Shown one piece after another: positions 52,296-63,394 of a DNA stretch of 64,000 nt. A program made the position numbers and the translations under genes. The stretch comes from Haliotis rufescens (Eukaryota): the NCBI RefSeq assembly GCF_023055435.1, contig NW_025963913.1, forward strand, positions 62,001 to 126,000, given 5' to 3'. The notes beneath the pieces are model-generated. The model ran no database searches. It worked only from the letters and a program-made list of their open reading frames with translations, and was not told the DNA's origin. Each line of letters begins with the position of its first letter. Positions within the stretch are counted from its first letter, which is position 1.

Positions 52296-52707
52296 ACTTC
52301 ACTTTACATCACCAACTCTACACTAAGACGGTCTGTTAATTACAGACTCCCGGTATGTCGCCGCGTTATTAACCTATTGAAGAGCCGTTGTTTCCAAGGT
52401 GAAGGGACTGTTTCGATTTGCTTTCTGTGATCCAAACATTTCTCTACATCATAGTTCTACTGATGTCTGAATGTTGCTGGATTTCTGATGCTTGGTGTCA
52501 CTATTTTCTTGTCTTACTGCTCATCAAGTAGTTCCGTAACAAATAGCATAGATTTTACAAGCGCTTCCAAGGGACGTCACTCTCAATATCTACATCCTGA
52601 CAAGAGAGGGCGTGTGTTTGACGACAGAACATGGCGTCGAACTGTGTCAAGTAATCATGAGAAGATATTTGTAAACATGATAAGATGGTGATGAAGCATA
52701 ACTGACA

Positions 52708-52794
52708 ATGGCTCACTTCGGTAAAGATCTCGACTCCTTCAGCGCTTCAAGAACTGTGCGAATCCTGAGTTCTGAATCAGCTGAAAACTACACG
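52708..52794 (+). CDS. NISCH: Nischarin coding exon 1 (MAHFGKDLDSFSASRTVRILSSESAENYT)
   Basis: Kozak acaATGG, 87 nt, phase-0 donor ACG|gtacgt. VRILSSESAENYT parallels human ARVVGSELVDTYT (from recall), and the exon joins exon 2 in frame. Confidence 0.8.
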
Positions 52795-53193
52795 GTACGT
52801 GGGACGACGTCATGTGTTTAAAAAGTCGATGTTCATGTATTGCAACCTTTGTTTTTGTTGCAATCATTACATAAGACATTCCCACCGGACCTGTTTACTG
52901 CGGGTAGTATGGCGGTGTTTATTGGAATTTCCAAAGGTTTGTTGAATATGTGTACTGTGTCCTTCTCTTTGTCCAGTGCAGTGGTCTCCGGTACTGTTCG
53001 TTACCCACTGGTTATTGTAGGTCACGGTAACATCATTCAATAAAGTAGGAAGTGGCCTAATGAAACACTTGGGTACAAGGAGCGGACAGCTTCTTGTGAC
53101 CAGTACAGGAAATATCAGAAAAACTACTGAGCGCATAAGGTCAGGTTGAACAACATGCTAGTGCTTGGTTTATGGCTCAAACAGAAACATGTG

Positions 53194-53649
53194 ATAATAG
53201 AAGGGTAACGCTATTTTTCAGGGCATTATCATTTGCAGAAGCCCGAGGTTTTCTATTAACTGCCCGACGAAGGAGGGCAGTTGAAAAGACCGAGGGCTTC
53301 TGCAAATGATAATGCCCTGAAAAAGAGCGTTACCGTTATTATAGCTAAAATGGATGGAATTTGTTATCAAATAAAAAGAAACAACAACATCGGTTTTGAA
53401 ACACTTACTGCAATCAACACGAATCTCACTGACCACATTTTACAAATATGGAAACGTCATAGAACAAACCAGATGACGTCACTATAATACGTGACGTCAT
53501 TTTCTCTACCCTATGACGTCACCTAACAACGGACTTGATAATGGCCCGTCGTCAAGCAATATGAGGGCATTATCAAGTTACAGTGGCCCGCTCATTTCTG
53601 ATAACGTGCGGGCGGTTTAATGATAATTCTATCAATTTTAGCTATAATA
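53194..53649. mobile_element. Non-autonomous palindromic DNA element (hairpin plus second inverted repeat); superfamily uncertain
   Basis: Hairpin with arms of about 60 bp (53204-53265 and 53275-53334) and a 9-nt loop. ATTATAGCTAAAATGGATGGAATT (about 53338) is inverted at about 53625-53648. Confidence 0.7.
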
Positions 53650-53659
53650 TCAATTTTAA

Positions 53660-53822
53660 CAGTGTTAGACATTGGCACTAGTCCTGTAGTCCTGTAGTCC
53701 TTGCCAAACTGCCCATAAGTTACTGTATCGTAAGGACTAGTAGAAATTTGCCATTTTTAAGGGATTTGATTTATGTTATCATTATATGGTTTAATGGAGC
53801 AAAAATATTAGTTTCTACCATG
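53660..53822. mobile_element. Decayed MITE of the same family as 59163-59317, in opposite orientation
   Basis: CAGTGTTAGACATTGGCACTAGTCC...AAGGACTAGTAGAAATT matches the reverse complement of 59190-59317. Confidence 0.7.
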
Positions 53823-55381
53823 GTCTTGTGATGTTTCAATGACATTAAAACAGAGCTGATGCAAAGATTCATTGTGTCCCTTATCGTTGGTGGAGAGTAT
53901 TTGATCAAGGTATTTGTTCATTGTACAATTACACTTTAGCAATCATTTATACATGTTACATGGCTTATTTATTTTAACAATAATATGTTGAAAATTTTGA
54001 ATCATAAGAATAAATATGTTTATGTGTATAATTCCTAAAAAATAAATAAATTTGATGAATTACGTAACAGATTACAGTTTGTGTCATAAGCCTTTTAAGG
54101 AGATTTACAGTAAACTATAAATGTGGGATTAAATCATTTATAAAGCATATGGAAATGAATGAAAACATTCTAAAGGCAATGAGAAGAGCTGTCATGACGT
54201 GATGTCATAGTGGAGAGTGGACTTGCAGATGATCACTCCAGCTTTATAACGTATAAGAATCTACATAAAAACATAGCTACTGGTATATGCAATATTCCAG
54301 GAGTTGTTATGCATAAGGTTGTACGCTTTCTTGCTTACAGAAACTGATTCTCAACTTCAAAGTCTAATTTATTAAAGTCTCCCCCCAAATGAGGTTGCCA
54401 ACCCCCTATTGGTACGTCTATTTAGAAGGTATTGATACTCAGCAATGTGGTATGTGGGACTCTTATAAAATTGTATTTGGTATGCAGTTTCAATATTTAT
54501 ATAAAAAAATAATGGTGTACGCAAAAGTTTCTTTTATTTATTTACATTTTTTCCATATTTTTTAAGTAATTTTACTTGAAATCGCACCCTTTTCTCAATG
54601 CTTTTGAGATTTGTGTTGAGTAGTATTCTGGTTTCAGGGGAGAGCAAATGAGACTTGGGGTGGAAATCTTAGATCATTGTTAGATGGTATTCAGGATTCA
54701 GGGGAGGAGCCGGAGGGCACCCTAAAAGAAAATATATGAACTAGTACACACCCACACAATTGACGATTTTGCATCTTCAATTCACCAAGAATAATGAAAA
54801 TAACTTCATTGGTTTTTAGAGTAATGCACTGTAAACAAAACAAAATGGTGGACATCTCTCAACTATGATGTCACAGCTACAGCTTGGCATTCAGCTGGGG
54901 TTTAAATATGTAATGCACTGTTTGTTAGATCAGGGCAGTTGTTTGTTGTTTTTTAGATAAGAATGAAATCACATCTGACTCTTTTTTCTTGTAAATCTGT
55001 ACTTTGTAAGACTATTTAACATTAACGTTTTAAAAAGTTTGTTTTCAGTAGAGCTCCTGGCTACTCCTCTGAACTTGGTTCTTCACTTCATTTTCAGTCA
55101 ATTTTAGTGTTATTATATGGGACTAATACTTTACTAGATGGAACAAAATTTAACTATACTTGATTTTTTAACCAGTGGATAAAGTCGCAGGTGGAGGTTT
55201 TCATCATGATAAATGACGATTGATTGGTTTGGACAAACTGATTACGAGCTATGATCAGTGATGAAATCCAAATACAAGTTTAGGGGCCAATATGGCTTTT
55301 GCTCATGATTGCGTTCCTTACATTGTAATCACAACAAGGCATTAATAGACTGTTTGATCCTGTTTTCTTATAACTGTGAAT

Positions 55382-56146
55382 ACCATGAAGATCAAGGTTA
55401 GAATAGGTCTTCAGCGACCCATGCTTGCCATAAAATATGACTGTGCTTGTTGTAAGAGGCAACTAATGGGATCGGTTGGTCAGGCTCGCTGACTTGGTTG
55501 ATGTGTGTCATCATATCCCAACTGAGTGGATCGATGCTCGTGACATCAATGACTGGATCGTCTGGTCCAGATTCGATTATTTACAGACCACCATCATATT
55601 GCTGTAGTGTGACGTTAACAGAGCTCCAGATAAGCTTTTGGTGTTGTGGGTATTTTACCCATGCATTTTAAAATCACTGCGTATCAGTAATTCTATCTGG
55701 GTATTCAAATTTCTGTTACCCACTAGTTTTTACACATGTGGGTATTTAAGTTAAATATTTAAAAACACTATTCATCTAGTCCCTGCAAACTGCTGTTGTG
55801 TGGGTTCGAGAGCTTTATAGGACTCAAAAATACCAAGATACTTCCACAAGTATGATGGCAAATGATCATGATGTAACTGTCATCGTGGAGTTTGGCAAGG
55901 TTGACGGAATGCCCGTTTATAATTTCAAAATAAGTTGCTGATTTGCCAATCGAATACGCAGGGTTACTTCACAATATTTTGAATATACGCACAAGTTTTA
56001 TTTTTGTAGCGTATCTGTAATGTTCGTTGCGTATTTGATACGCTTGGATATTATTTTACTGCGTATTTCTGCATTTCTGATGCGTTTTTTACGCAGATAC
56101 ACAGCTTATCTGGATCTCTGGTTAAACAACAAACAAACAAACAAAA
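55382..56146 (+). mobile_element. SINE-like element interrupted near its tail by a MITE
   Basis: GAAGATC..GGTTAGAATAGGTCTTCAGC head and CTGGTCCAGA core. The (AAAC)n tail resumes at 56121. Confidence 0.8.
55619..56120. mobile_element. 502-bp MITE with 18-bp TIRs (CAGAGCTCCAGATAAGCT) and a 5-bp TSD GTTAA
   Basis: The right end AGCTTATCTGGATCTCTG is the reverse complement with 1 mismatch. GTTAA sits at 55614-55618 and 56121-56125. Subterminal (T/G)G(C/G)GTAT repeats are present. Confidence 0.88.
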
Positions 56147-56794
56147 CAGCTTCTTTTCAGTATTGGTTGTTGGGACAGATTCCATTGTATTTGGAAACAC
56201 ACAGTTTGGGCAGTCCATCGATAAATATGTCGTTAAAAGGGCAATATGAAAACACCCATAAAATAACAGAATGTTATGGTGTCGGTATCTGGAGGTACTG
56301 CACAGGTGAGAGTGACATTGACATTCATCCACAACTAATCTTCTTGACTAATTCATTCACGATACTCTAGAAAACAGAGTCTCAGCACTTGTGGAGTTAT
56401 TAAGACCAATCCCTCTCATCATGATACTCTCAAAAATCCATTTAGATCAGTTGACAATATATCCATGGAAACTATTTATTTTGCTTATGTTGGCCAGTTT
56501 TCCCAGTAAGTGTACAACTTGAACAGAAGGCCTAACACAAACTGCAGACTCTCATTTATGGAAGAGTTTCTCTCACAACAAACTTTTCGTAAGTTTTGAA
56601 ATTATGGATTTACTAATTGAAAAGCAAAATATTGACCAGTGATTTAGCTGAAACACTTCCATTCCTATACTTGGACTGCACGTTTTTTCAGCCCCCTCTT
56701 TATTTAGCCCCTGGGCCTAAAAACGAAAAAATAAATTGTTTATAACCCCATTGGCTTAATTTACATTGAAACATTGATTGATGTGCTGGTAAAA

Positions 56795-56928
56795 GTGAGT
56801 ATTATTATACGCCTTTGGTAGAAATGTTCTAGGCTAGGGGCCCACACATTGTACCTATGTGGGGAATTGAAACCATGCCTTTGGTGTGACGAATGAAGAC
56901 TTTAACCACAAGGCTACCCAACAGCCCT
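56795..56928 (-). mobile_element. Decayed tRNA-derived SINE related to the 6640-6812 family
   Basis: CTTTAACCACAAGGCTACCC and TGTACCTATGTGGGGAATTGAAACC match the array SINE. Confidence 0.7.
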
Positions 56929-56940
56929 TCTGAAGAATTG

Positions 56941-57084
56941 CATACCCGTGCTCGTGGGTTTCACCGAAGTGGTAAACGTCTGAGACCTGCATCACTTTGG
57001 GCTTTCCTCCCACATTAAGCTGACACGCCGTGATATAACTGGAATACTGTTAAAAGTGGCGTTAAACCCAACCCACTCACTCAC
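56941..57084 (+). mobile_element. 5'-truncated SINE with (ACTC)n tail and a 12-bp TSD
   Basis: TCTGAAGAATTG at 56929-56940 and 57085-57096. 3' end reads CGCCGTGATATAACTGGAATACTG...CACTCACTCAC. Confidence 0.82.
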
Positions 57085-57751
57085 TCTGAAGAATTGATCA
57101 TATGCACTGACATCCTATTTCATCTTGTGTATGTGGCATGTTAACAAACAAAGGACTTACGCATCTAAAAATAGATGCTGCCATTGTATCAACATCTGCA
57201 GCTGTTGTGACAATATCTGTGTGGAACAATAGTAATTACTTGGCTGTGAATCAGTCTTTCAAATGTCACTGGTGGAGTCACCTCGCACAGACTTATTAAT
57301 TCAACTGTACCAATTACTTCTGCCACTGTATCAGTAATGACTGGTAATTATACTTCTCAACAATTGATAGAGCTGCTGCAATGTTTTACCCTATTACAAA
57401 ACAAGTGGACAAAATATTAATGAATCTTGTTCTTTTGTTTGATGAAATCAAACATCACTCAGTTCCATTGCAATATCAGATACTAATTGTATGACAACAC
57501 TTCCAAACAATCAGTTTCATTCAACCCTAAACAGGTCACTCAGAATATGCTTATCAAGAGTTAAAATGTATATATATTCAGCCCTCGGAGGTCTCACACA
57601 GTCAAAGATTGGAAAGAGAAGGAGGATGTGTGAATGTGATCTGTTACCATGGTTTCCACTGAGTATGTTGCTTTGTCTTAGGTGTCCTCTATTTTGAAGC
57701 AGCTGACAGCCCCTCCCCCAGACTGCCTTCATATCACAACACAGCACTTGG

Positions 57752-57870
57752 ATTGTTTGTTTGTTTGTTTGTTAAGTAACAGCGCACTCAGCAATATTCC
57801 ATCTATATGACGGTGGTCTGTAAATAATCAGGTCTGGACCAGACAATCCAGTGACTGATGTCATGAGCCT
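57752..57870 (-). mobile_element. 3' fragment of the SINE-like element
   Basis: (GTTT)n followed by CACTCAGCAATATTCCA...TCTGGACCAGACAATCCAGTGA. Confidence 0.75.
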
Positions 57871-58077
57871 AATGATTTTTTATTAAATTGCATCATAAGA
57901 GAATGTAACTGGAATATTGTATGCTTCTCATCTACACATATTACACATATGCAATTTACAGATCATGCTTTTCACATGATTTTAATGACGTGTACACATG
58001 GACCGTGAAGGCCATGTTTGATGGGTAAGTAATAACTAAGCATTTGTATTTGAATGGGTTTTTTCCATACTATGTCG

Positions 58078-58811
58078 ACCAGTGAAGATCCGTGGTAGAA
58101 TCATCTTCCCGAGGCAAGAGAGTTAACTGACTTTAAAAGTCCAGTTTCCACCCTTGCCGAATTAGGCTGGAATTCCTGGGCTCGATAGTAGCGCCACCAG
58201 TGGCTATTACCAGTTATGTCCTTTCTATGCCTCTCCTATTGACCAATCAGATTCAAGCTCTCGTATTACTTGCATTTTCTTCAAACAAAACGGTGGCGCC
58301 CAGTCAAGACGATCTGATCGATAATTAAGATCTATATTGTGATCAAACGAGTCTTACATCGCGAAGTGCATCAAATTACGTGAGCACCTTGATTAAAAAC
58401 ATGAAAAGATATAGAAAATATCTGTTGCCAACGAGTTAGCGGTGCACATGCTTTGCAAATCCTGCAGTCGACCGAAATGTACATGACACTTTATGAACCG
58501 GATTTCAATTTCGGTGCGCGATTTTGATTGGACTATGCATGGACTCGTTAGTCCGGCCAAAATGTAACTCCATTATACCAGCCTAGTTCGGCAAGGGTGG
58601 AAACTGGACTTTTATTGTCAGTTAACTCACTTGCCTCGGGAAGATGGGGTAGAATAGGTCTTCAGCAGCCCATGCTTGTCGTAAAAGGTGACTATGCTTG
58701 CTCATGATATCAATCACTGGATTGTCTGGTCCAGACTTGGATTATTTAAAAACCGCCGTCATATAGCTGGAATATTGCTGAGTGTGGCATTAAACAGCAA
58801 ACCAATCAACC
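58078..58811 (+). mobile_element. SINE-like element (internally deleted) interrupted near its head by a MITE
   Basis: GTGAAGATCCG..GTAGAAT head at 58082 resumes at 58647 with GGGTAGAATAGGTCTTCAGC and continues to GCTGGAATATTGCTGAGTG. Confidence 0.78.
58102..58646. mobile_element. 545-bp MITE with 69-bp TIRs and a 9-bp TSD (Mutator-like by TSD length; uncertain)
   Basis: CATCTTCCCGAGGCAAG...TAGGCTGG is inverted at the right end with 4 mismatches. Flanks are TGGTAGAAT and GGGTAGAAT. Confidence 0.9.
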
Positions 58812-59162
58812 ATACTACGTCAGTAATTCCTCTGTTAGTGTTATGTGTAATTTGTCATGCTTTTGGGGGCTTGATGTCATCAAACTGTGGGTACTTCAAG
58901 ATTATGTGCACATGTTTTAACTTTGAGAAATTTATGGGACCAGGGCACAACTTGTTTTTTTCTGGTGCTACTAGGTTTTCATGTCAACACGCACCTAGTG
59001 CAAGTTAAGTCAAGTTCCTTAAATTGAGCCTGCTGACAGTTATTTCATTTTGCTGGGGGAGAATATCAAAACTCATTGTTTGTGTGGATTATTCACACAC
59101 CCCTCTTTTCAGCTGTATTTTTTTAAAAAGAAGCGTGCGCTATACACAGAGAATATGGTTGT

Positions 59163-59317
59163 CAGGGTTAGAAACTAACAGTTTTTGTCCACTAGTCCTT
59201 ATAATGATAACATATAGCAAAACCCTTAAATCGGCCAATTTCTACTAGTCCTTAGGATACCTTTACTATTAGGCAGTTTGGTAAGGATTATAGGACTACT
59301 GCCAGTTTCTAACATTG
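59163..59317. mobile_element. 155-bp MITE with CAGGGTTAGAAACT-type TIRs and a 5-bp TSD GTTGT
   Basis: Ends are CAGGGTTAGAAACT and AGTTTCTAACATTG. GTTGT sits at 59158-59162 and 59318-59322. Confidence 0.75.
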
Positions 59318-60102
59318 GTTGTACAGGTAAGCATGGTTGCTGTTGTCCATAATGTGATTGCAATGACTTGTACTGTCAAACAAGATATGTCTGTCTCGCA
59401 TATCATTCAGGACCGCGTTTGCCCTTACACAAGGACATGATAGAAGGAAATTATCAATGATTACAACACACTTTGTGGTGGCTTTATAAGACACACAGCC
59501 TTCATTAGCAGCACTTGATATGTGTGTCACTGTCACATCCGTTCACTGATAACACAGTCAAAGGCAGCGTGGCTAGTGGACATGTACTTATGTTGTAAGC
59601 TGAGACCATATGGCCTTGTCAGTTGTCACCAACATCTGACACATCAACAATATCACAGGGATAAGTTTGAGAACAAAGGAGCTGGGTTTTTTCTAAATGC
59701 CACTTGAATTAACCAAAGTAATGTATAGTTGCTGATGATTTGCCAGAAGAATCAGGGAGAAATGTTTGCTTGGTCTAATAATTTGACAAGTGAATCCTGC
59801 TACAGTGTTTGATTAAAGTGAACTTTTGTGCAGCATGGAACACAGACAATGATATTACACAGTTAGAACTTCTACAACATCACTAGTATGACTATGAGAT
59901 AGAAGTTGTATGATTAGAGATAGTTGTAGTTAGTCAATATGCGGGAAACTGTTACACATAAACAAACGTATGTCATGATCATGTACATGCTTATCATGCT
60001 TATTAAATAATTTTTTATTTTTTTTAAATTTACAAAATATTTTCCTCAATTCATTCTTAGCAGTTGGAACATAGTCTATCTTCTGTTCCTATATCCTAAC
60101 AG

Positions 60103-60186
60103 GTGTACCTGATCGAGGTGTCTGTCGGACCTTACAGCTGGACTGTGAAGCACCGATACAGTGACTTTCATGATCTCCATGACAAG
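60103..60186 (+). CDS. NISCH: Nischarin coding exon 2, PX domain ([28 protein letters not shown])
   Basis: cctaacag| acceptor, |gtaaga donor, 84 nt. [14 protein letters not shown] matches the nischarin PX domain as I recall it. Confidence 0.93.
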
Positions 60187-60235
60187 GTAAGAGGGTGTTG
60201 GTATGTCCACCACTGCTTGCTGTATGCTGGACAGT

Positions 60236-61636
60236 GACAAGGGGGCTGACATACAGGTTACAGGGGGCAGGTGGGGCAGAGTACTTCTAGAACTATACAA
60301 GGGGGCAGACATACAGGTTAGAGGGGGGCAGGCGGGGCAGGGTACTTCTAGAACTATACAAGGGGGCAGACGGGGCAGGGTACTTCTAGAACTATACAAG
60401 GGGGCAGACATACAGGTTAGAGGGGGGCAGGCGGGGCAGGGTACTTCTAGAACTATACAAGGGGGCAGACATACAGGTTAGAGGGGGGCAGGCGGGGCAG
60501 GGTACTTCTAGAACTATACAAGGGGGGCAGACACACAGGTTACAGGGGGGCAGGTGGGGCAGAGTACTTCTAGAACTACACAAGGGGGCAGACATACAGG
60601 TTACAAGGGGGCTGGCGGGGCAGGGTACTTCTAGAACTATACAAGGGGGCAGACATACAGGTTACATGGGGGCTGGCGGGGCAGAGTACTTCTAGAACTA
60701 TACAAGGGGGCAGACATACAGGTTACATGGGGGCTGGCGGGGCAGAGTACTTCTAGAACTATACAAGGGGGGCAGACATACAGGTTACATGGGGGCTGGC
60801 GGGGCAGAGTACTTCTAGAACTATACAAGGGGGCAGACATACAGGTTACATGGGGGCTGGCGGGGCAGAGTACTTCTAGAACTATACAAGGAGCAGACAT
60901 ACAGGTTACATGGGGGCTGGCGGGGCAGAGTACTTCTAGAACTATACAAGGGGGCAGACATCACGTTTCATGGGGGCTGGCGGGGCAGAGTACTTCTAGA
61001 ACTATACAAGGGGGCAGGCGGGGCAGAGTACTTCTAGAACTATACAAGGGGGCAGACATACAGGTTACATGGGGGCTGGCGGGGCAGAGTACTTCTAGAA
61101 CTATACAAGGAGCAGACATACAGGTTACATGGGGGCTGGCGGGGCAGAGTACTTCTAGAACTATACAAGGGGGCAGACATACAGGTTACATGGGGGCTGG
61201 CGGGGCAGAGTACTTCTAGAACTATACAAGGGGGCAGACATACAGGTTACATGGGGGCTGGCGGGGCAGAGTACTTCTAGAACTATACAAGGAGCAGACA
61301 TACAGGTTACATGGGGGCTGGCGGGGCAGAGTACTTCTAGAACTATACAAGGAGCAGACATACAGGTTACATGGGGGCAGGCGGGGCAGGGTACTTCTAG
61401 AACTATACAAGGGGGCAGACATACAGGTTACATGGGGGCAGGCGGGGCAGGGTACTTCTAGAACTATACAAGGGGGCAGACATACAGGTTACATGGGGGC
61501 AGGTTGGGCAGAGTACTTCTAGAACTATACAAGGGGGTAGACATACAGGTTACATGGGGGCAGGCGGGGCAGGGTACTTCTAGAACTATACAAGGAGCAG
61601 ACATACAGGTTACAGAGTGGGGCAGGGTACTTCTAG
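60236..61636. repeat. 61-bp G-rich intronic minisatellite, about 23 units
   Basis: Unit ACAAGGGGGCAGACATACAGGTTACATGGGGGCTGGCGGGGCAGAGTACTTCTAGAACTAT, with occasional short variants. Confidence 0.95.
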
Positions 61637-61951
61637 GAGCATGAATAAACCCTGTAGGTTTTAGTACCCATGAAGATGGAGATGTATGTATTTCTTGTAT
61701 GTTCAGACTGTTGTTTGAGAACTTAAGAGTGTTTTGCTTTTGTGTGCACTTTATGTTTGATTACAGATAAGCCTTGTTATTTGATATGAGTAATCACCTA
61801 TACTTGAAGTCTTCATATTACTGGGGATGTATTAGTACAAGCACTTTGTGGCAGTCACGAGCTGAGAGTTTAATTTTTTCCAAGGGTCAAAGCTTTGAGT
61901 AACTATTGTTCGGTTTTATGACTGAAGTCCAATGACATTGACAAAATAATC

Positions 61952-62483
61952 GCGGCAGAGTGGGCAAGCGGTCCAAAGCACCTGATGCTGAGGTCATATG
62001 CTGCTAGTGACCTGGGCCCCATTCCACAAGGCGATGTAAGCGCTACGATCATCATAAGTTTATGTTAAAGTATGAGAGTTATGATCGCCTTGTGGGACGA
62101 GGCTCAGGTTGCTATTCAGCCTACGGACCAACAATGTTTTCAGGTCTTTATGGTGTTGTCACTACCCCTAGTGTACAGTACATTCATCCTGTGCAGTCAA
62201 AAGAACCCACTCATCCAATGGTAGATGACCAGATGGTGGAAACACGAATACGTCTATACACCCGAAACCTAAGCGGTCGAAACACGTGTGGTGTTGCTGT
62301 GAGCACGTGACTTGGTTCCAGTGTACCTATGTCCACCTATCAGGGAAGGGGGACCCGATGTAGGAGGTGGAGTGAGGATGATAACTGGAATGCATATGTA
62401 TCCACTGATCAGGGAACAAATAAAACTGCATTTTAGCAGAGATGTCTGGATAAGTGTGGTATATAAATGTATGATAATAATAG
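61952..62483 (+). mobile_element. Old tRNA-derived SINE (possible Nin/Deu-type core, L2-like tail) containing a small palindromic MITE at 62011-62108
   Basis: A-box-like TGGGCAAGCGG, central GTCAAAAGAACCCA, and tail ATAAGTGTGGTATATAAATGT(ATA)n. The insert has inverted ends CCTGGGCCCCATTCCACAAGGCGAT and ATCGCCTTGTGGGACGAGGCTCAGG. Confidence 0.5.
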
Positions 62484-62530
62484 TAAAAATGCATTTATTA
62501 CCTACGAGGAAGTTTGATATGATGTCGTGG

Positions 62531-62828
62531 ACCCGTGAAGATCCAGGTTGAGATTGGTCTTCAGCAACCCATGCTTGCCGTAAGAAGCAACTATTTTTGT
62601 CGTATGGCTTAACGGGATCGAGTGGTCAGGATAGCTGAATGCATCGGGATATGATGAGATTCATCAGCCGACTTGGTTGATGAATCTTATCGTATCCTGA
62701 TTGCATAGATTGATGCTAATGATGTCAATCACTGGATTGTTTGGTCAAGATGCAACTATTTACGGACTGCTGTCATATATCTTGAATATCGGAAAGGAGA
62801 GCGTTAAACAACAAACAGACAAACAAAC
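62531..62828 (+). mobile_element. Near full-length SINE-like element with (AAAC)n tail
   Basis: ACCCGTGAAGATCCAGGTTGAGATTGGTCTTCAGCAACCCATGCTTG head; same family as 55382. Confidence 0.8.
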
Positions 62829-62860
62829 GATGTGATATAGTGTATTCAACTGGCTCTGTT

Positions 62861-63127
62861 TAGGGATGTTACGATACAACAAGGTGATGATACGATATGT
62901 ATCACAATGAATAGGCCATGATTACGTCTAGTCACATGGAAATTTCTTGAAGAGCTAATTACAACACATTTTGCGATATTTGACTGACAAATACACTGGG
63001 GGTAATAAAAAGTCAAGTACTATTTTGTCAATTGTCTTGTATTAAGTTAATACAGAAAAAATGTATTGTGTATCCTATCGTGGTATGAAAACTCACGATG
63101 TTGCACTGATGTATTGTTTCACTCCTA
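62861..63127. mobile_element. Decayed hAT-like MITE
   Basis: Imperfect TIRs TAGGGATGTTACGATAC...GTATTGTTTCACTCCTA and ACGATA subterminal repeats. No clear TSD. Confidence 0.4.
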
Positions 63128-63211
63128 GCTAGGATGTTGTGATGTCAGGAATAAGTTCCTCATTTACACAGTATGTAATCATAACAGTCTGATTTATCTC
63201 TTTGCTTACAG

Positions 63212-63394
63212 CTGGTCTCAACATGTAAGCTAGACAAGAACCTGCTGCCTCCCAAGAAGCTATTTGGTAACCAGAGCGAGACGTTCATCAAGAAACGTCA
63301 GGGGGAGTTGGAGGTGTACCTCCAGACTGTGCTCTACTACCTGGCACACCGTGTGCCCCCCATCCTTGCCTTCTTCCTACACTTCAACAAATAT
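63212..63394 (+). CDS. NISCH: Nischarin coding exon 3, PX domain (LVSTCKLDKNLLPPKKLFGNQSETFIKKRQGELEVYLQTVLYYLAHRVPPILAFFLHFNKY)
   Basis: tttgcttacag| acceptor, |gtaagt donor, 183 nt. DKNLLPPKK, LEVYLQ and FLHF match nischarin as I recall it. The gene continues beyond the window. Confidence 0.93.

Noticed and set aside
52360-52460. Minus-strand LGNNG match to the partner exon, and YDVEKCLDHRK in another frame
   Set aside because: The matches are too short, are surrounded by stops and lack splice signals. They cannot be told from chance without a scored alignment.
58188-58205. CTCF-like motif TAGCGCCACCAGTGGC inside the MITE
   Set aside because: It is one base short of the consensus spacing.
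60236-61636. Heat-shock element array (TTCTAGAA per unit), CRISPR-like array, or Cys/Pro-rich ORFs
   Set aside because: Each repeat has only two nGAAn units, there are no unique spacers, the context is a eukaryotic intron, and the ORFs are repeat translations.
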